Shown here in pieces: positions 12,670 to 24,080 of a DNA stretch of 53,118 bases. Under the pieces are notes generated by a model. It was not told the origin of the DNA, searched no databases, and was given only the letters and a program-made list of their open reading frames with translations. A program made the translations under genes and the position numbers. Origin of the DNA: Psammoneis japonica (Eukaryota); NCBI GenBank assembly GCA_008632985.1, contig QPGO01000001.1:186001-239118 (forward strand), read 5' to 3'. Position 1 is the stretch's first letter; each line of letters begins with the position of its first letter.

Positions 12670-14730
12670 TTACCACTGCCGCCGGCTGTGTGCATGCCAG
12701 ACGCACCCCCTGACGTCTCTACTTGCTCTCCACTGCTGCACCAGCGGAGCAGAGCTGGTCAGATGTCGAAATGTTTTGAAAATTCTTCTTTGTTTTGTCC
12801 ATTTTTAATGTGTGCATTCATTTGCTTTTGTGCGAGAGGCCGTGCTCAGAGGTGTGCTGGCAGATCCTCAAACTCAGCGCAGCTGCCCTCTGAGTTTCAG
12901 AAACCAGCTTTGCCTGCCATGAGCAGTTGCGACTGTCAGAGTGAATTTTTCATCACAGCCTTGTGCTTGTCTCTTGCAATCAAAATGTGCCCCCAGCTTT
13001 GGTCAAGAACAACTCTTTCCAGGGTGGTGCAGATTTCTGCGTGCGCGACAACCCACGAAATTGTTTCATGCTCCCCATTTTGCGAAGCTGAAGGCTTTCC
13101 ATTTTCAACATTCATGAGAGTGAAAATGCTCTAGGCATGTTCTTTAACATCTGTGGAGTGCACCTGGGCAAACCATCAATGATGCACCACAAGTGTGAAG
13201 GAGGAGATGCATTCGTAAAATTGCCTCTTTTTCTGTTGCCCGATCATTCATTTTTTTAATGCTCAACAAATTTTCTGCGGAGCTCGCACATGGAATTCTG
13301 TGGGCCCAATGTCACACGGAGTCCCACCCAAGACTGCAACCCGTCTGGCATGTGTCAATGGCTTGCAAGCAGTTTCATGTGTGTTGTGCCTTGCTGTGCT
13401 TTGAAATGGATTGACCACATTGAAACCTCACATGTCAATTGCACCATGCATGAGTTTGCAAGATGCAACATGCTGTTGATTGTGTTGCAACTCTTCAAGG
13501 CAATGCTGTTGAGAAAACGGCGCAACTGCAGAGCCACCATGGCAAGGTGGTTTCCAGATGCAGTGCACACCAATGGTGAATTTGTGCTGAAACTAAGTTG
13601 TGCTTGTCAAACCAGCATGGCTGCCACATGGTGCATCATGTGCCCACCAAACTCTGAGCTCTGAGTGGAGGGGCAGCAGCAAGAAAATTTTGATTTGGTG
13701 GGAAAAAATTACTCAGGACAGGCAGAGCAGAAAAGCAACAACATCAAGAGCTGCAAACAAGGCAGGAGTGCTGTGCACAATGAAAACAACAACACAGATG
13801 CTCCTCCACTGGGTTCTTGCAGACACACAGTCTCCCAAGTGAGACTGTCCAATGCACTGACATGGCAAGATCATGTGGTCACTCATTGTTAAAAGGAGCA
13901 AATGGGGATTTTGGCTTGACATGACATGGTGGTCACCCAGCTGTGGTGTCTGCAAATTTTGGGAAGTTTTGACACAATCGCGCTGCTTTGCCCTGTGCTG
14001 CTGCAAGGCAAACTCATGTGTGATGATGGCAAAATCACAAAAGCTGGCCTTGGACCAAGAAGACATGTGGGTGATCACAACAATGGTCCCTTGCCATTCC
14101 CAAAGTTGGCATCCTCCATTTTGGGCCTCTTGAGGAAGCAGCGGCTGGCACATCGGGGTTGTTCAGAGATGTGCAAGATGTGCTGCAAAGCTGAGCGGCA
14201 CCCTGCAGAGAGGCATCATGTTGGCTGGACACTGCCCAAGGCAACTGGGCACACCTGAGTCTGAAAGAAATTGTTCAATGCAGTGATCCTTGCCACAGAT
14301 TTGATTGCAGACTTTCTCAGCACCAGCGTCTGTGTGGTGCAAGCCTCCTGCCCGTGCCGCCAGGGGGGAGCAAGAGCCGCCTTTGCTGGAAGAGCAAAAG
14401 AACAAAAAAGACTGGAGATTCAGCGCTCCAAAAGGGGCTTTAACCACTGCAGTTGCCCTGCACAGATGCAGTGGTGCCTGGAGTCAAGGCCGGCAAAATC
14501 AGATTGATGCCAGGGCACCCATTTCTGAGAAGGAGGGTGGCTGCATCACTGGCTGTGCTGGGTTGGGAGGTGCCATCATGAGCATCAGTGACAGCATCAG
14601 CAACACCAGCGGTGACAAGTGTAAAGAGGAAAGTGCACTCAACAATCATCGTGGTGGAGTGAGGCATCAACAACAAGCGATCTGTTCTTGTGCGTTGTTG
14701 ACAATCTGGTTGTGTTCATGATCCGCGTTG
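12670..14730. repeat. TpA/CpG-depleted decayed repeat island, family not recognised
   Basis: Abrupt loss of TA relative to both flanking genes; only Cys/His/Gln-rich junk ORFs. Confidence 0.55.
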
Positions 14731-14981
14731 GTTTGGGTCGTGACATCTTTGTGTTGAATGTACGTATTCGCACCTGAGGAAAAATGATGTGGCGCGCAGA
14801 ACGACATCGAATGAGGCATGGATCACAAAACACGACTGGACGCACTTCATCAATCACGCGTTATTGCGGTTGCGGTGCGAGTTGATCTTTGTGTGATTTG
14901 TGATGGTCCACTCTGAAGGAAGAAAGCAGCACATTCCTATTTTATACACCGTAACGCTTGTCACACAACCCGCCAAGATCC

Positions 14982-16552
14982 ATGAGTACTTTCTCTCGAA
15001 AGCGCATCCTAAAAGGTACTGTAGGAATAGAATAACGTATCGTCTTTCATGCCGCTCGGCTCACTCTTTTGTCTTTTTTCAGATTGGATGGAAACGATGC
15101 AAGACGATGTTCCAAATGTATGGGCATGTCCCATCGATGAAAGCAACCTGTATCATTGGAGGGCCGTCGTTTTAGGTCCAGAGAATTCGCCGTACCAAGG
15201 TGGAACGTTCCTGCTGCATGTACAGTTCCCTCTTGGTTATCCATTAGTAGCTCCCAAGATTTGCTTTGTGACTCCAATTTTTCATTGCAACATTTAAGCG
15301 TTTAAAAAGGGAGAGATAGGATTGTGTGACATGAAATGGACTTCAATCTTGTCGATTGGTACGTTGCTCTTGTCGATTTACGGTCTCTTGGAAGATGATC
15401 CGAATCCAAATCAAGCCGTGAATGGAGCGGCTGCCAGACTTTATTTGAGCGATAAAGAAGGCTATAATCGCAAGGCAAGAGCCTGGACGAGACGATATGC
15501 TGTGCTACATGATCCATCTCTGCACAACAAGAAAAACGCAAAAGTCCAAGACGAAATAAGTGGTGTGGTATCTTGCACGAATCGCAAGCATGAAGAATGC
15601 ACGAATGAGGATCAGGCGAGAATAAGCAAGAATTCATCGACCACCATGGCGGAGATCCATGAAGTACACCCTGATTTCGCGTCCTCTTCACAGAGACTAG
15701 AAAAGGGTAAGCAACCAACGCGTTTGAAAATCATGCATTCGGAAAGTTCTTGGAACTCAAATGATGTTGTTTTGTTTGCGCTCTCTTCTACCCATAGAAT
15801 TTGGCGCTCTCCATCTGGGTGAGATACCTTGCGTATATGTGTCAACCACACGGCCCCACGACTTGCGCCAGTGGAGTGTCACTCTCTTGGGACCCCCTGA
15901 CACTCCCTACCAAGACGGCGTTTTCTTTGTAAGAGTTGATTTTTATCCAAACTACCCCTTGGACCCACCAAGGATTTGTTTCGAAGCACCCATTTACCAT
16001 TGCAACATTGTAGCTCATGTCTCTATCGAGCCGGACATGCTTGTACGATGGAATCCAAGCTTTTCCATGGGATCGGTGCTGTCATGCATTTATTCACTTT
16101 TGGCGGAACCGAATTATTGCATTTGCTTTTGCAATCAGAAGATTGCGATGCTCCATCAACAAGATAGGACCAAACATGATGAAATTGCCCGTGAATGGAC
16201 CTTGCGGCATGCAATGGTTTCAACCGCCGTCTCTCTGTCCACAACGACGACAACAAACGCAACGGCATGCAACCCTACGGAGCACCACGATGGAAGAAAA
16301 CCACTAGCAAAAGAGACGTTGGAATCGAGTAACGACAAAGTCGCAGCGACAGATTGTGGTGAACAGTATATTGTAACCCAAGGGGTAGCATCCCTGGATG
16401 CCACTCATTCATGGGACTTTGTTGAGGAAGTCAAAAATATCACGCTCAATGAAGGAGAAACGGAAACCCAAGATGGCTTAAACGAAGAGCGCCATTCTGA
16501 CCAACAAAGCTGTGGTAGCATCTCTGATGACTCACAATGGAGCATAGTTTAG
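14982..16552 (+). CDS. Protein with two tandem ubiquitin-conjugating (UBC/E2-like) domains; introns 15016-15082 and 15707-15797; in-frame TAA at 15295-15297 (possible pseudogene)
   Basis: Domain 1 reads MSTFSRKRILK|DWME...NLYHWRAVVLGPENSPYQGGTF...YPLVAPKICFVTPIFHCNI. Domain 2 reads RLEK|EFG...WSVTLLGPPDTPYQDGVF...YPLDPPRICFEAPIYHCNI. The GT..AG introns restore frame. Confidence 0.85.
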
Positions 16553-17264
16553 TGTATATCATGGCATAGTATGGTCTTCGCTGCCATGCGTTCCTCGTTG
16601 TGATCGACCGTCAAGTGAGGTGCCACGGTGATTTAGAGACAAACGGCTCGCTCCAGAGTCTTCTGCAGCCACAACAACTAAGCATAGCGGCATCAATCTA
16701 CACATGAGCCACTTAATTGGTTTAGAAAATAAATGACAGCGGGGTCGTTCAATGACAGCCATAGATAAGCAATGGATTGGTCTATCTAACTTCGTTTGGG
16801 ACATAATCATGTTTATCCACCAAGCCTTTCAAAAATACAAAATAAGGGTTAAGGTTGACCTCGATCCAATGAGATCTATCTGCCTGCAGGAGGAAGCTTG
16901 TTTCATGTTTTTTTTTTTTGAAGGAGAGCTTTCTTCATGATGTTTGCTTCCTCTTTATTTACTGCTCGTCAACGAGAGTCCTTTCTGAACGATGGGGAAT
17001 TGCCGCGCTTAGCTTCATGTGTGGGGTAGAGAGAGAGGCGTTGATATATGACGCTAGAGTATAACTTTAACATGTACTTGGAGCGTAGAGGGAAATTCGA
17101 CCGATGTTTAGGATCTCTATAGGCCTGCTACTAGCGAGAGGGCCTACACGTAGGAGGCTGCATTGGCGGAATGAATCCCTGGCATTCTTTTGTATGCATT
17201 GCAGGTGACAAAATACCAGCAGGAATATACAGTAAGTTGATGTTTAGAGAAAGTGATCTCGGGA

Positions 17265-19322
17265 CTACTGTGACTGAGGCTCGGGCCACTCGTCGATAAA
17301 GCATCCCTTGAAGCACCCTGTGGGAGCAGGAACCTCGTATGGGGCTTTCATGGAGTTGACAAAAGGCGATAATGCGCTTTCGTTAATGATGGTGGGGTAG
17401 CAACAATGAGGCCATTGAATTTCCAGTTGGGTAGGAACTCCTTGGCTGCCAAGTCCAAAAATGACTCGGTCCTCGTTGCCGCCATCTGGATCGGCGGTGT
17501 GGACCAAAGAATTGAGAACTCTCAACTGTGTCGTTGTAGACCGACTGGCACCCATGTTCTTGGCCGTGAGTTTCAGTACGGCTCCAATGGATTCAGCTGG
17601 TCCTGCTGTTCTATCCAGTCGTATTGCGATGAACTTGTTATTGCTGGTATCGCCAAAGGTATTCCGAAGCATTATGGATGATCCAAACTTGTGTCCAATG
17701 AGAACATCGACAAAGCCATCGTTATCCACGTCGGCAACTGTCGCTCCAATAGCCAATGCTGTTGACTCGTCACCCGTTGAGGCGTATCGATTGCAGATGA
17801 CAAATTGCTTCTTGTATCGTAGGTTCGCTTCTTGACAAACGGTCTTGGGGAACTTGTGTTTGCACTCTGTGTTTAAAGTCATCTTCTCAGAACTGATTGG
17901 AACATCATCGCACAAACCTGGTGGGCCGTTCATTAACGTTTGAGAGCTTAGAGCTCCCAGATTGTTAGTGAGGCGTTCCCATGTTCCATTGGGTTTATGC
18001 TCAAAAATGGCATGGAGTCCAGCTTTTCTGCAAATGAGAAGCATGTCCAGGACCCCGTCGTTGTTAAAGTCGGCCAACCTCATGCCGGCAGCTGCATCAG
18101 CATTTCCGCAGATGGATCTGGTGCTGAAGCTGTAGTCAGCTTCGCCAAGGGTGTTTTTGCATGTGTGCCATTCGTCGTCATCGACAATGCTGTCGCATCT
18201 TGCCTTTCGCGTTGTGGATAGATGGAAATCCACACGTTTGCTGTACATGATGGCTGTATCCACAATACCATCGTTATCAAAGTCCCCATTTGCAATGGTC
18301 TTTGCAAAATCTTGTCTCTTCTTTGTCTGACTCTCTAACTTGAGGAGGTGTAACGGGTCGATACGATAGACGGAGACTGTACCAATCGGAGATTTCCTGC
18401 AGACGTCGTTGGGCGAATTCTTATTGCACTCAGACGTCACAATCAATTCTCGAGCAAAGCCGTCTCCGTCTACATCTGTAAGAAGTGCGACCCCAGAGAA
18501 CTGTTTAAACTCATCGGCGGCCCTGACGAATTTGCGACCTCCAGTGTTGTGCTTTAGTCCACCTGGAACGACAATGTCGTCGGTTCGTTCTTGGTTTAAC
18601 GTAATAACGTCAAGCCTCCCGTCGCCGTCAACATCTAGCCAATACTGATGACGACCACGTTCATTATACCTCTCGTCATCGCGACCTTCTAATCCAGCCT
18701 CCTTCGCTGCCTCTTGGCCTCCAGATAGCTTGAACCCAAGGGGAGTGTTTGCTTTGACTCCCCAGAAAACAGCGTTGTCAAACACCTTTGATCTGCCGCC
18801 GCCTCTGCCACCGCCGGTCACCAAGTATAGATCCTTCAAACCATCACCATCAATGTCAAAAAACCCAGTGGAGTGCACATCAAGACACTTGCTTTGAACC
18901 TCGTCAGCCCACTCCAAAAAGCCGTCGCCGTTGTTGGCGGCGTACCACGCACCCGTGTCCCCGTTTCGTAATACGGCATCCCAGTCAATAAAGCATCCCC
19001 GCTTTTTAGATACTGGCCCGTATCTAGCCATACTAGGATCAGACCATCTGTTCGGATATTCATCAAAGATGTAGTGATTGTGATGAAACAAATCGAGCAC
19101 TCCGTCGTTGTTCCAGTCTGGCACAATGGGACTCCCGTACCCCAGAATCGGCAATTGCATGGCGAGGTCCGTCATTGGAGTAGCATTGTATCCTGGAAAC
19201 ACGTCAAACATGGTGCAATGCTTTTCTTTCAACAAGCGAGGTCGGGAAGTGATGAGTGTGCAACACAGCTCACCAAATGCCGATTGCGATAACAAGAACT
19301 GAGGGCAAGTGAAGCGTCGCAA
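17265..19322 (-). CDS. CRTAC1-like protein: FG-GAP/VCBS repeats + C-terminal ASPIC/UnbV-like region (paralog A; true 5' end uncertain)
   Basis: Repeated DxDGDGxxD / DFNNDG motifs; C-terminal ESIGAVLKL...EDRVIFGLG...LEIQWP. Confidence 0.8.
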   Translation of the reverse strand: MRRFTCPQFLLSQSAFGELCCTLITSRPRLLKEKHCTMFDVFPGYNATPMTDLAMQLPILGYGSPIVPDWNNDGVLDLFHHNHYIFDEYPNRWSDPSMARYGPVSKKRGCFIDWDAVLRNGDTGAWYAANNGDGFLEWADEVQSKCLDVHSTGFFDIDGDGLKDLYLVTGGGRGGGRSKVFDNAVFWGVKANTPLGFKLSGGQEAAKEAGLEGRDDERYNERGRHQYWLDVDGDGRLDVITLNQERTDDIVVPGGLKHNTGGRKFVRAADEFKQFSGVALLTDVDGDGFARELIVTSECNKNSPNDVCRKSPIGTVSVYRIDPLHLLKLESQTKKRQDFAKTIANGDFDNDGIVDTAIMYSKRVDFHLSTTRKARCDSIVDDDEWHTCKNTLGEADYSFSTRSICGNADAAAGMRLADFNNDGVLDMLLICRKAGLHAIFEHKPNGTWERLTNNLGALSSQTLMNGPPGLCDDVPISSEKMTLNTECKHKFPKTVCQEANLRYKKQFVICNRYASTGDESTALAIGATVADVDNDGFVDVLIGHKFGSSIMLRNTFGDTSNNKFIAIRLDRTAGPAESIGAVLKLTAKNMGASRSTTTQLRVLNSLVHTADPDGGNEDRVIFGLGSQGVPTQLEIQWPHCCYPTIINESALSPFVNSMKAPYEVPAPTGCFKGCFIDEWPEPQSQ

Positions 19323-19748
19323 AACCTTCTTCTCGTTCGAGGATGTGAGGCGATATTATTGACGAAATGTGCGGGCATAAATACCCCATCGCGGGAAATG
19401 TCCGCATTATCAATGGAGTCTTAGGACATATTCAATTATGTCCCAAGCCGTTATTTTACTTAACAAGATATTGGTGTGACAATGTCGAAGGATATTCAAC
19501 CCCTCGCAAGAGACACCAAGTTGATTGAGGGGAAATCCCCGATGGGAGATTTCACCAAGACCGTGAAGACAATGCTGGGGAAATGAAGGCCTATTGAACC
19601 CTTTCTTCTGTTCTTTTTCTCTCTAGAGAGAGAGTGACCTCGAAATATCGTACTACAACTACACCGGCTCAGCCTGTAAGAAAAAGCCTTTTAGAAAACT
19701 TTTTTAGAGAGCTATGCAGTCTATTGCACCTAGTTTATCCTTGCATGC

Positions 19749-21870
19749 CTATAATAAGCAGCTCGTGTCACAATCTTTTGGTGGACCAGGCAGTTCAAAA
19801 GGATTTTTCATTGAGCCTATGAAGTTCCTGAGCCTTGGTCCTCGAATAATTGTGGTTTCACAACAATGAGGCCACTGCACGGTGAGAGACAATGGAATGC
19901 CTGTCTTTCCAAGACCAAAAATTATTCGGTCTTCGCTTCCTCCATCCGCGCCAGAGACATGGCTCAACGAACTAATTACACGCATTTGGGTAGTTCGCTC
20001 TCTTGCGTTTTTTCCCATTCTTCTCGCCTTGAGCTTTACAATTGCGCCAATGGAAGCTGCTGCACCAGCTTTCTTGGTGACACGAATGGCAAGGAATTTG
20101 TTTTTGTTGCCCTGGTCTCCCAGCTTGTTTCGAAACATAGCCGCCGATCCAAATCGGTGACCTATAATCGCATCAACATAGCCGTCATTGTCTAGGTCTG
20201 CAACTGTTGCTCCTAAAGCAAATGCCGTGGTCTTGTTTCTTTCTTGGTTCTTTGCGTACTGACTGCAAAGAATGAATTGGATATTGTATCGGACCTTTTC
20301 GCAGGCTTCCTTGCTAAACTTGGACTCGCATTTTGTTCTTATTGAAACCTTGTCCGTCGTAGTTGGAATTCCATCGCAAAACCCTTTTGGACCTTGGGCT
20401 AGCCCAGCGTCGCCCATGCTACCCATTCCCATATTTGTGCCATCTTCGTTCTGGAATTGTCGCCAAGATCCATCTGGCAGTTGCTCCAAAAGGGCGTGGA
20501 GTCCGGGAGTAGCACACACTAGAAACAAATCAAGTCGCCCATCCAGATTGAAGTCGGCAAAGCGCATGGTGGCGGATGGCTCTTTGGTGCCACAAATCGG
20601 CCTGAGGTCAATCATGGCGTCTCGATCACCAATGGTCATGAGACATGTTCTTCGCTGCTTCGTGTCAACGATACTCGCACATTTCTCCTGACGAGCTGAA
20701 GACAAGTGAAAATAGATATCCTTGTCCCACTGCATTGCCACGTCTGCAATTCCGTCGTTATCAAAGTCAGCCGATGCAATCGACCTGACAAAATCATTTT
20801 TTTGTGGATGCATACTCTCTCGAACAAGGTATCGCTTCTTGTCGAGACTGTAGACCGACGCTGTTCCAGTTGGTGATCGTTCACAAATTTCGTTCATTTG
20901 TTTTACGTCTTTGGCCTTTTCGCATCCCGACATGACAATGACTTCACCTAAAAAATTATTGTGAAGCAAGAAGTCAGAAAAGCAACTGAAGTTAGCCCAA
21001 CAGGCATATAACTTGGCATTACTGGCGCAAGATATATTGCGTGGTGCTGCACTTACGCGCAAATCCATCACCGTCGACGTCGGTCAAGAGAGCGACACCC
21101 GAAAAGTCGTCAAATTCATTAGCGGCCTTTACAAATTTGCGTCCGCCCATGTTGAGGTTCAATTGACTTGGAACGGGTATTCGGTCGCTCCGTTCTTGAT
21201 TTAATGCCAACACGTCTAGTCGACCATCACCGTTGACGTCTAGCCAGTACTGATGACGACCGCGTTCATTCAGGTTGGTCTGGGTGTTTCGACCTTGCAA
21301 ACCGGCCTTTAACGCTTCGTCTCGACCACCCACCAATTGAAATCCTAGAGTAGAATTTGTTTCTTGTCCCCAAAATATCAAATTGTCATAGACAAAAGAT
21401 TTGCCTTGACCTCGACCGCCGCCCGTTGTCAGGTACATGTCCTTGACACCATCACCGTCAATATCTAAAATCGTTGTGGAATGGACATCAAAACATTTTG
21501 ACTTGGACGCATCCGTCCAATCCAACCACCCCCCTTCATTGGCTGGTCTCCAAGAATCACCGTCACGCACCACGGCGTCCCAATCCACAAAACATCCGCC
21601 CTTGATTCGTCCTGGACCGTAGCGTCGCATGCTGGGATCGGACCATCGCGACTCGTCATTGCTGAATACGTAGTGATTGTGATGCCACAAATCCGGCATT
21701 CCATCGTCGTTCCAATCCGGCGCGTATGGTGTAGAGTGATGGTACATTGGCAGTTGCATGGCCAATTCTGGTGTGGCATTGTATCCGGGGAATACTTCAA
21801 ACATGTCGTTGTTATTGTTTGGTGTTCTTGTCCCGTCTAGTGGCAGTTTTGTTTGAGAAAATGATTTCAC
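19749..21870 (-). CDS. CRTAC1-like FG-GAP/ASPIC-UnbV protein (paralog B), intron 20948-21056
   Basis: ORFs 21019..21870 and 19749..21071 join via a GTAAGT...TTTTAG intron to give DGFAREVIV, matching DGFARELIV of paralog A. Confidence 0.82.
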
Positions 21871-22596
21871 TACCTGTGAATGGAGTGGATTACAAGAGCA
21901 ATTCTTAAGTTTTGTTTGGTCAACGAACCTCGGCGCTCTTCTTCGGGGGGCGGGATCAGTTCAGTTTGTGAGGTGAAGGAACGTTTGGAGCTTCCGCCCA
22001 GGACGGAAGCGAACCGACAATTTAGTCATGTATTCGGATATGTCGGGTCGCGAATACCTGTACCTTCAACTTGGCATCGTATGCAGTGTAGGGTTCTGAA
22101 CTGATTCGATCGAATCATAAAAAAGTAAAAAGTACCGGTAAGATGGCCTACAGTACCGCATCCGACATGACTGATTGGACTTTCGTCTTTCTTTATCATT
22201 GATCAAGATTCGGCACTTTGCTGACTATCTCTGTTTGGAAAGTCATCTTTTGTTTGGTTCGATGAGTTGGTTCGTTTGCGAACGCTCAGAATTGTTCTAG
22301 ATCGATCCGCGCTGATTCAGTCATGCGAAAGAATGAAGGATGACTCATCAAGATTTTTTATGATTCCTGTCGAGAAATAGAAGTCGAATACTGTACTCTA
22401 TTGGTTCTTGTAGAAACGCACTGGTGATGGGGAATCTTCGTGAGTCAACAGTCTCGCACACCGTGTTTGAGTCACACTGTCTTTCCTCTGACACCCATCA
22501 CCGCGCGCTCACATTTTCAAGAACATTTCTTCTCACAATTTTGACAAGTAAACAAAGTTTGCCAACTCCAGAGTTATTCGATACAGCTTAGTCATC

Positions 22597-23142
22597 ATGC
22601 CTCCCTCCATCGAAAACAGCGACATGACGATGATGACGACTCCTCTTGGTTCCTTGAGCAAGCTTCAACGCCGTTTTCTCACGACGCCCAAGGTCTGTCA
22701 CGACAGTATCAACAAGATGGACGGTGACTACAATTTACCCAAGGACTTGGTAACCGACACTCGCAAAGAAATTGATCAAGCCAATCAATTCTTGCAACGC
22801 CAAGACACGTCTGTCCAAGAACGCCGCGCCGTCGAAACCAAGCTTCGTGTCATTCGTGCTCACTTGAATTCCACCAAGAAGCGTGATCCACAAAACCAAA
22901 TCAAGCACAATGCTGTGGAACTGGCAAGACGTGAATCGGGCGATTCTGTGGATAGCAACAGCAGCCGTAGCGAAGAACTGTCCAGGCTGAGCGCAACTCC
23001 TCTGATTGAAAGCCCCATGTCGTCTCTTGCCAATCTATACCGTGATAACAAGGGAAGCTTTGTTTCGAATGGATTATTTTCCTTGTCGGGACTCCAAGCT
23101 TCCAGAGACATTGTTGCTGCAGGAGACAGTTTCAAAAAGTAA
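22597..23142 (+). CDS. Hypothetical protein (181 aa)
   Basis: ATG-initiated ORF with normal composition and gene-like codon use; no recognised domain. Confidence 0.55.
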   Translation: MPPSIENSDMTMMTTPLGSLSKLQRRFLTTPKVCHDSINKMDGDYNLPKDLVTDTRKEIDQANQFLQRQDTSVQERRAVETKLRVIRAHLNSTKKRDPQNQIKHNAVELARRESGDSVDSNSSRSEELSRLSATPLIESPMSSLANLYRDNKGSFVSNGLFSLSGLQASRDIVAAGDSFKK

Positions 23143-23485
23143 ATGAGATGAAAGAGTTTTTAGAAAACTGCACTTAAAAAATAGGACTACACACTTCGGC
23201 TTGCAGCAATGAATCTTACGCTCTACTACTACACATGCTCTGCCAGGGGGTATTGTTGCCCCCCTTGCTCATGCGTGTACAAATGCAATGCTCTCAATCG
23301 CCCAGAGGTAATTCTCTTAATATTATTTTCACTCTTGACCATAAAATACTTGAGTACGCCGTTTCGTCCTGCTACAACTATCACTGCCATGAAAGTGTGT
23401 CACAAGAACTTTTCCATGAAAACAAGGGCACCCTCTTCTCGAATATGGATTGGGTGTATTCCTTTTAGCTTCTAGCCCTACTACT

Positions 23486-23509
23486 AGAGAGAGAGAGAGA
23501 GAGAGAGAG
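23486..23509. repeat. (AG)n microsatellite
   Basis: About 12 AG units seen directly. Confidence 0.9.
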
Positions 23510-24080
23510 GACTCCAAGCATCCAGAGCAGCAGAGGGCGGGAGGACCCAATCAGATCAGACAGATACCAAAGCGGTCGGTCCGTCAGTCGGTTCTTCGAA
23601 AGTCGCCCCACACCATCATTACCGTACCATACCAACAGGCCCCCGACAACTCTCACACGGCCACCGGCCACAGCGAGAACGCAACCAACATGAGCGCAGG
23701 GCAATGGAATCACTTCATTTCCGATGCTGTGACACCTTGAGTGACAAGAGGTTGTCCGAACCCTCGTGTCATTCAGTGCTAATGCCAACTGCGTCAGCGC
23801 CTTCCATTTCACATCGCTCGCACTCTCGCGACACACATTTTTTTCTCAATGCACCACGCAAAGAACATACCAGATTCCGTGTAGATTGCGATGAGAACCC
23901 TACTTCCCGCCATTTTTTCGTTCCTCTCGCAGTACGACAGCTCTCGTAGATTCTACAAGGTGTGTGACACGGCATGACTGAGCATCGCGCAGAAGAGTGA
24001 ATCGACTGTGCTTCTCATTCATCCTTCTCATATCTTTTTTCACTTTTTGCAGAATAACATCAGTCTTCATTACTGCCGGT

